DNA of 64,000 bases, from contig JAQTVM010000004.1 of assembly GCA_028706745.1 (NCBI GenBank), positions 5,137 through 69,136 of the forward strand. The letters are read 5' to 3'. The stretch comes from Candidatus Nanoarchaeia archaeon (lineage in GTDB: Archaea > Nanobdellota > Nanobdellia > SCGC-AAA011-G17 > GW2011-AR17). The notes under the pieces were generated by a model. That model saw nothing but the letters and a program-made list of their open reading frames with translations. It was not told the DNA's origin and searched no databases. Each line of letters opens with the position of its first letter. The first letter of the stretch is position 1. Of the stretch, positions 60,284 through 64,000 are shown one piece after another. A program made the translations under genes and the position numbers.

Positions 60284-60921
60284 AATCCCACCTCCAAAGT
60301 AACTGTCTTTCCGCTGTCCGTGGGCAGCTTTATGTCGCTGATTTCGCATCCCCTGAATCCGCCTTCAACAAAAAGTTCGGGATTTCTTTGGCGCTTTTCA
60401 ATGATTTTTGCATGCTCATAACGCGGCGTGCATATGAAAACTTCTTTTCCTGTGTCATCATACATTGCAATCTGCCATACAAAAGGCAGCCTGCTTTCAA
60501 GAAAATCATAAAAATTCTTAGTGCATTTTGTGCTGTCGCTTGTCTTTGCAAAGCCTGCATCTGTTCCAAAAGGCGGCTGTGAAAACACCCAGGGATAAAG
60601 CTCCTTGTTTCCGTCAGCTATTATGCCCAGCATTTCCCCGACATTAACAGGTATGCTTTTTTCAAACCATGCGCTGTCTCGCAAGTAACTGTCAAGTATC
60701 GGCGTTCTCACAAGAGTCATTGCATCAAGCATGTAAAGCCCTGCCATGTCGTTCATCTGCTTTGGCTCAATCTCCTTCTTTTGATTAAATTCAGACAATG
60801 CAATTATTCCCATTGTTATTGCTATTATTATAATCGAGATTATCAGGTCTGCGAACAGGTCCTCTGTCTGCCCTTTCTTGCCATTTATCTTATAAATTGA
60901 TTGTTTTTTCAAGATTTTCAC
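60274..60921 (-). CDS. prepilin-like (class III signal peptide-like) protein
   Basis: N-terminus ...INGKKGQTEDLFADLIISIIIIAITMGIIAL: basic residues, then G, then a polar residue, then a hydrophobic helix. Confidence 0.4.
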   Translation of the reverse strand: MKILKKQSIYKINGKKGQTEDLFADLIISIIIIAITMGIIALSEFNQKKEIEPKQMNDMAGLYMLDAMTLVRTPILDSYLRDSAWFEKSIPVNVGEMLGIIADGNKELYPWVFSQPPFGTDAGFAKTSDSTKCTKNFYDFLESRLPFVWQIAMYDDTGKEVFICTPRYEHAKIIEKRQRNPELFVEGGFRGCEISDIKLPTDSGKTVTLEVGLCP

Positions 60922-61453
60922 CTGTTTCTTCGCTCATTCTCTCCAGTGTTTCCCTGTTGTCTGACGGCTTGCTTTGGCGGTTTCCTAAGTAATAATCATT
61001 CATTTCTGCCTCAAATTTCACATAAACAAGCTTGTCGCTGGTTGCTTTTTTTAAAAGAACTCCCCTTTCTGCTTTGTCAGTGTTTTCACCAAGCATCCCT
61101 CCAGCTATAACCTTATCTGAGCCTGTCATTGAAATTGCATAAGGAATATCTCCCAGATATCTTCTGCATAATTTATTTTTTTCTCCATTATATTTTGATT
61201 CGTCTATTATTCCCGGATAAGTCCTTCCTGTTGTTTCGTCATAATAGGCAAGGCAGTAAGGGGAGTATATTGTTTCCTGAAGAAGAATCTGCCCCATGAC
61301 TGCGTCCTTGTTTTTTGATGAGATTGTATAATGCTTGCTTATCGTGCCTGCAGTGTATATGAAAATAAAGGCAAGTACAAAGAGCACGATTATGAAATAA
61401 AGGGTTTTTCTTGATATGTCATAACTTCCTCGTTTCCCTATTCTTTTAATCAT
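60890..61453 (-). CDS. N-terminally anchored hypothetical protein (possible prepilin-like)
   Basis: MIKRIGKRGSYDISRKTLYFIIVLFVLAFIFIY. Confidence 0.4.
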   Translation of the reverse strand: MIKRIGKRGSYDISRKTLYFIIVLFVLAFIFIYTAGTISKHYTISSKNKDAVMGQILLQETIYSPYCLAYYDETTGRTYPGIIDESKYNGEKNKLCRRYLGDIPYAISMTGSDKVIAGGMLGENTDKAERGVLLKKATSDKLVYVKFEAEMNDYYLGNRQSKPSDNRETLERMSEETGENLEKTINL

Positions 61454-61847
61454 GCAGCACCCTTTTTATGTCATATAATCCTGCTTCAGGGTTTGCCCTG
61501 AAAACAATATTGTCTTTTTGAAAACCGCCCCATATCGGGCTGTCATCGCTGCTTAGCACTTTTATCCTTTTGCATTCTTCTGTGTCAGCTGAGCAAATGC
61601 CTGAAACCTTGTAATTTGGGCTTAATGGATACTTTGCAATGATATCTCCGGGGGATGACATAAGCGCGCTTACCATCATTGACAAGTCATTTTCAACATA
61701 AAGCTTTCCAAGCCCTGACAATCCGGAGTATGAGAATACTGCAAGAATAAGCAGTACTGCAACAGCAATTCCTATTATTATGTCAAAAAGCGTAAGGGTT
61801 TCCATCTCTTCCGCTTCCCCTTTTTTGTTTAGATGCAATCGTTTCAT
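61446..61847 (-). CDS. prepilin-like protein
   Basis: MKRLHLNKKGEAEEMETLTLFDIIIGIAVAVLLILAVF has the same KKG-(E/Q)-x-E...hydrophobic layout as the gene at 60274. Confidence 0.4.
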   Translation of the reverse strand: MKRLHLNKKGEAEEMETLTLFDIIIGIAVAVLLILAVFSYSGLSGLGKLYVENDLSMMVSALMSSPGDIIAKYPLSPNYKVSGICSADTEECKRIKVLSSDDSPIWGGFQKDNIVFRANPEAGLYDIKRVLHD

Positions 61848-61889
61848 CCATCTTATTTGAGGGAAAGGGAATTTAAATAACTAACCCTT

Positions 61890-62264
61890 TTAAGATTTCC
61901 ACAATCCGTGCAGGTTGCAGTATTCCCTTGCGGTTATTGACTTTGCCTTTACGCAGAATTCTGCCTCCGGCTTGTCTGAGGGCTTCAGGAACTTCTTGTA
62001 AGAAACTCCGTCAGCAATCAGCTCAATCCACTGGATGTAATGCTTTTCTTCCATTGGATGCTCAACAGAGCCGATTTTTACCTTAAATCCTTCATTTGTT
62101 TTTTCAACAACAGGAACGTGCTTTTCCTTTGCAGCGTCTGTTGAGTTTTCCTTCAAAAGCTCCATCGGCTGATTGCAGCAAACCAATTGCCCTGCTCCTG
62201 TTTTCACAATCTCAATTATGTGCCCGCAGATATTGCATCTGAAGATATCGTTCAGTTTGTCCAT
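61890..62264 (-). CDS. dfx: desulfoferrodoxin (2Fe superoxide reductase)
   Basis: [34 protein letters not shown] (desulforedoxin CxxC...CC) plus EKHVPV...[13 protein letters not shown]...CNLHGLW (neelaredoxin centre). I chose the start at 62264. Confidence 0.85.
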   Translation of the reverse strand: MDKLNDIFRCNICGHIIEIVKTGAGQLVCCNQPMELLKENSTDAAKEKHVPVVEKTNEGFKVKIGSVEHPMEEKHYIQWIELIADGVSYKKFLKPSDKPEAEFCVKAKSITAREYCNLHGLWKS

Positions 62265-62272
62265 TTTTCTTC

Positions 62273-62851
62273 CTAATAGCTCTCGCACTTTACTTGGTAA
62301 AATGCCCGCGGATGATCGCAGGAAGGGCATTTTTCAGGCGCTTCTTTTCCTGTATGCACATACCCGCATTCCCTGCATACCCATTGTGTTTCCTTTTCTT
62401 TTTTGAATACAGCGCCTGCTTCAATCTCTTTCAGAAGCTTCTTGTATCTTTCCTCGTGATGCTCTTCTGCTTTTGCAATAGCCCTTATCCTTCTTGCAAT
62501 TTCCTTGAAACCCTCTTTTTCGGCAGTGTCTGCGAATTCAGGGTAGAGCTTTGTATGTTCCATATTTTCGCCGTGAATTGCTTCCATAAGGTTCTCGGCA
62601 GTTGTGCTTAATGTTGTATTAACAGGAACTTCAACAGGAATCTCAATCAGCTTCTTGTCGTCTTTTTTCAGCTCATTAGCCATTCTCAAAAACCATTTTG
62701 CGTGCTGTTTTTCATTGTCAGCAGTCAGTGTGAATATCTCGGCTATCTGCTCATAGCCCTCTTTTTTTGCAGCAGAAGCAAAATAAGTGTAGCGGTTTCT
62801 TGCCATGGCTTCGCCTGCAAATGCTTTTGACATATTTTCGATTGTTTTCAT
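62273..62851 (-). CDS. rbr: rubrerythrin
   Basis: Ferritin-like [12 protein letters not shown]...EKQHAKWF...E..H repeats and a C-terminal rubredoxin domain [25 protein letters not shown]. Confidence 0.9.
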   Translation of the reverse strand: MKTIENMSKAFAGEAMARNRYTYFASAAKKEGYEQIAEIFTLTADNEKQHAKWFLRMANELKKDDKKLIEIPVEVPVNTTLSTTAENLMEAIHGENMEHTKLYPEFADTAEKEGFKEIARRIRAIAKAEEHHEERYKKLLKEIEAGAVFKKEKETQWVCRECGYVHTGKEAPEKCPSCDHPRAFYQVKCESY

Positions 62852-62906
62852 TGTATCATCCCCTTTTTGTAACCTAAAGCAATCTTTTGCCTGTTTTTAT
62901 ACTTTA

Positions 62907-63101
62907 TTATGCAAGAATGGTATACAATGCATATCCGCCGTGAGCCAGCGCAATAAAAACCGCTATTTCTGCAAGAGCTTTGTGAAGCCCCATCTTTGCC
63001 TTGCCTTTCAGGACAAGGTTGCCGGTAACTGCAGTAGCAATTAGTATAACTGCGCCGATTATTCCGCCTATCGCAAGCGGAGGTATTGCCATTATTCGCA
63101 C
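62907..63101 (-). CDS. small two-TM membrane protein
   Basis: 64-aa hydrophobic ORF overlapping the upstream gene end by 10 nt. Confidence 0.45.
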   Translation of the reverse strand: MRIMAIPPLAIGGIIGAVILIATAVTGNLVLKGKAKMGLHKALAEIAVFIALAHGGYALYTILA

Positions 63102-63874
63102 ACCCCTTTTATTTTTCCTTTCAGCTTTTTTTCAATGTCAAGCTTCACCATTTCAGCAATATTATTTGAAAAGTTCTCAATATCTGTTTTCAGCTTCCTG
63201 TCATTTTTGAAGTAGGCATTGTCCTCTTTTGTGTCATGAATTGCATTATGCGTCCTGTAGAGGAATGTAAATGGCGCAAGCACAAAGCCCATTTCCTCAA
63301 GATAAAGGTGAATGTCTGTTGCTGTCTTCAATGCTCCGTCTTCGTGCCCGTTAACCATTATTCCTGCAATCTTTCCTGCGCAAAGCGGCTCTTTCCCAAG
63401 CAGTGACTGATTTTGTATTGAAGTAAGCCTGTCCATGAAATCCTTTAGCCTTGCAGTCATGCTGTTCCAGTTTATAGGGGTTGCAATGACAATTGCCCTT
63501 GAATTAAGCAAATATTCATGCAGCGCAGGCGCATCATCAAACTGGTTCCTGCAGGGATAAGTGCAGGCATTGTCCCTCATGCTGTAGCAGCACCAGCAGT
63601 GCTGTATGTTAAGCATATTAAGGTCAACTCTTTTGACATTTAACTTTCTTTTTTTTAATTCCTTCTCGCAAAGCTCTGCCATTATTCCTGTATTGTGGCT
63701 CTTGTGGTTGCTGCCGTTTACCAGCAATACTTCATATTTCTTTCCGTCATATTCTAGCTTCTTTATATTTGAGTATTCAATAAACTCATTTGCATCAGAA
63801 CTGCACTGCGGACATTCAACAGGCGGCTTGTTGCCGTCGTGCACATATCCGCATACTGCGCATTTCCATTTCAT
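63092..63874 (-). CDS. rubredoxin-fused iron-sulfur flavoprotein (NADPH-dependent FMN reductase/Isf-like)
   Basis: The N-terminal MKWKCAVCGYVHDGNKPPVECPQCSS is a rubredoxin knuckle pair. VLLVNGSNHKSHNTG is flavodoxin-like. CWCCYSMRDNACTYPC is an Isf-type Cys cluster. Confidence 0.75.
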   Translation of the reverse strand: MKWKCAVCGYVHDGNKPPVECPQCSSDANEFIEYSNIKKLEYDGKKYEVLLVNGSNHKSHNTGIMAELCEKELKKRKLNVKRVDLNMLNIQHCWCCYSMRDNACTYPCRNQFDDAPALHEYLLNSRAIVIATPINWNSMTARLKDFMDRLTSIQNQSLLGKEPLCAGKIAGIMVNGHEDGALKTATDIHLYLEEMGFVLAPFTFLYRTHNAIHDTKEDNAYFKNDRKLKTDIENFSNNIAEMVKLDIEKKLKGKIKGVCE

Positions 63875-64000
63875 TTAAAGTGCGCCCTCTCTGTCTTTGT
63901 TGTCTGCTTTTTTTCTCCGCCTCTTGTACAGAAGAAAACATGCCTGAATCCCATCTTTTCATGCACAGGGCATCCGCGGCAGAGGCAGCTTTTTTCAATC
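63871..64000 (-). CDS. partial CDS (C-terminal 42 aa), Cys-rich, truncated by window edge
   Basis: The frame gives ...IEKSCLCRGCPVHEKMGFRHVFFCTRGGEKKQTTKTERAHFK. Its TGA overlaps the ATG of the next gene (ATGA coupling). Confidence 0.35.
   Translation of the reverse strand, partial: IEKSCLCRGCPVHEKMGFRHVFFCTRGGEKKQTTKTERAHFK

Noticed and set aside
63816-63998. 60-aa ORF at the window edge (MKKAASAADALCMKRW...)
   Set aside because: This frame runs into the start of the rubredoxin-flavoprotein gene. The alternative frame ends in an ATGA stop/start overlap typical of operon coupling and is preferred.

Overview
This window looks like an archaeal chromosome segment. L10e and L35Ae ribosomal proteins, an RPA-type OB-fold protein, ATP-dependent DNA ligase, diphthine synthase, an intron-containing tRNA, an archaeal-type SRP RNA and TATA-box promoters all support that. 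Gene content and style suggest a small-genome DPANN-like lineage (Pacearchaeota/Woesearchaeota-like), but that assignment is inference. Coding density is high.

The first ~43 kb is mostly housekeeping or niche genes:
- Information processing: RPA, a Lon-like protease, eIF-2B-family/R15P isomerase, two ribosomal proteins, a circularly permuted GTPase, DNA ligase, MetK and CysS.
- Transport and membrane: CorA, TspO and MscS.
- Redox and other enzymes: two nitroreductases, thioredoxin and a radical SAM protein.
- RNA genes: tRNA-Thr(CGU), tRNA-Gly(CCC) and an intron-containing tRNA-Ser(GCU).
- Interspersed accessory elements: small toxin-antitoxin-like modules and one IS element inserted exactly at the cysS stop codon.

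From about 43.9 kb to 59.6 kb the content becomes accessory and conflict-system-like:
- An AT-rich 2.9-kb three-gene island (dNMP-kinase-like, GlnD-like nucleotidyltransferase, EEP nuclease/phosphatase) is bracketed by 77-bp direct repeats of the diphthine synthase 3' end.
- There are two more wHTH-nucleotidyltransferase/HEPN pairs, one of them flanked by 63-bp direct repeats that contain palindromes.
- There is a third convergent RHH/PIN pair.
- A translationally coupled operon encodes a small candidate modifier, a JAB/MPN+ peptidase, an E2-like protein, a tandem-domain E1-like enzyme and an AsnC-type regulator. I rank this as the most interesting candidate system.

The window ends with a cluster of prepilin-like membrane proteins and an oxidative-stress operon (desulfoferrodoxin, rubrerythrin, rubredoxin-fused flavoprotein). 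I found no rRNA genes and no CRISPR array. All functional calls rest on motifs I could read in the supplied translations, and none has been checked against a database.
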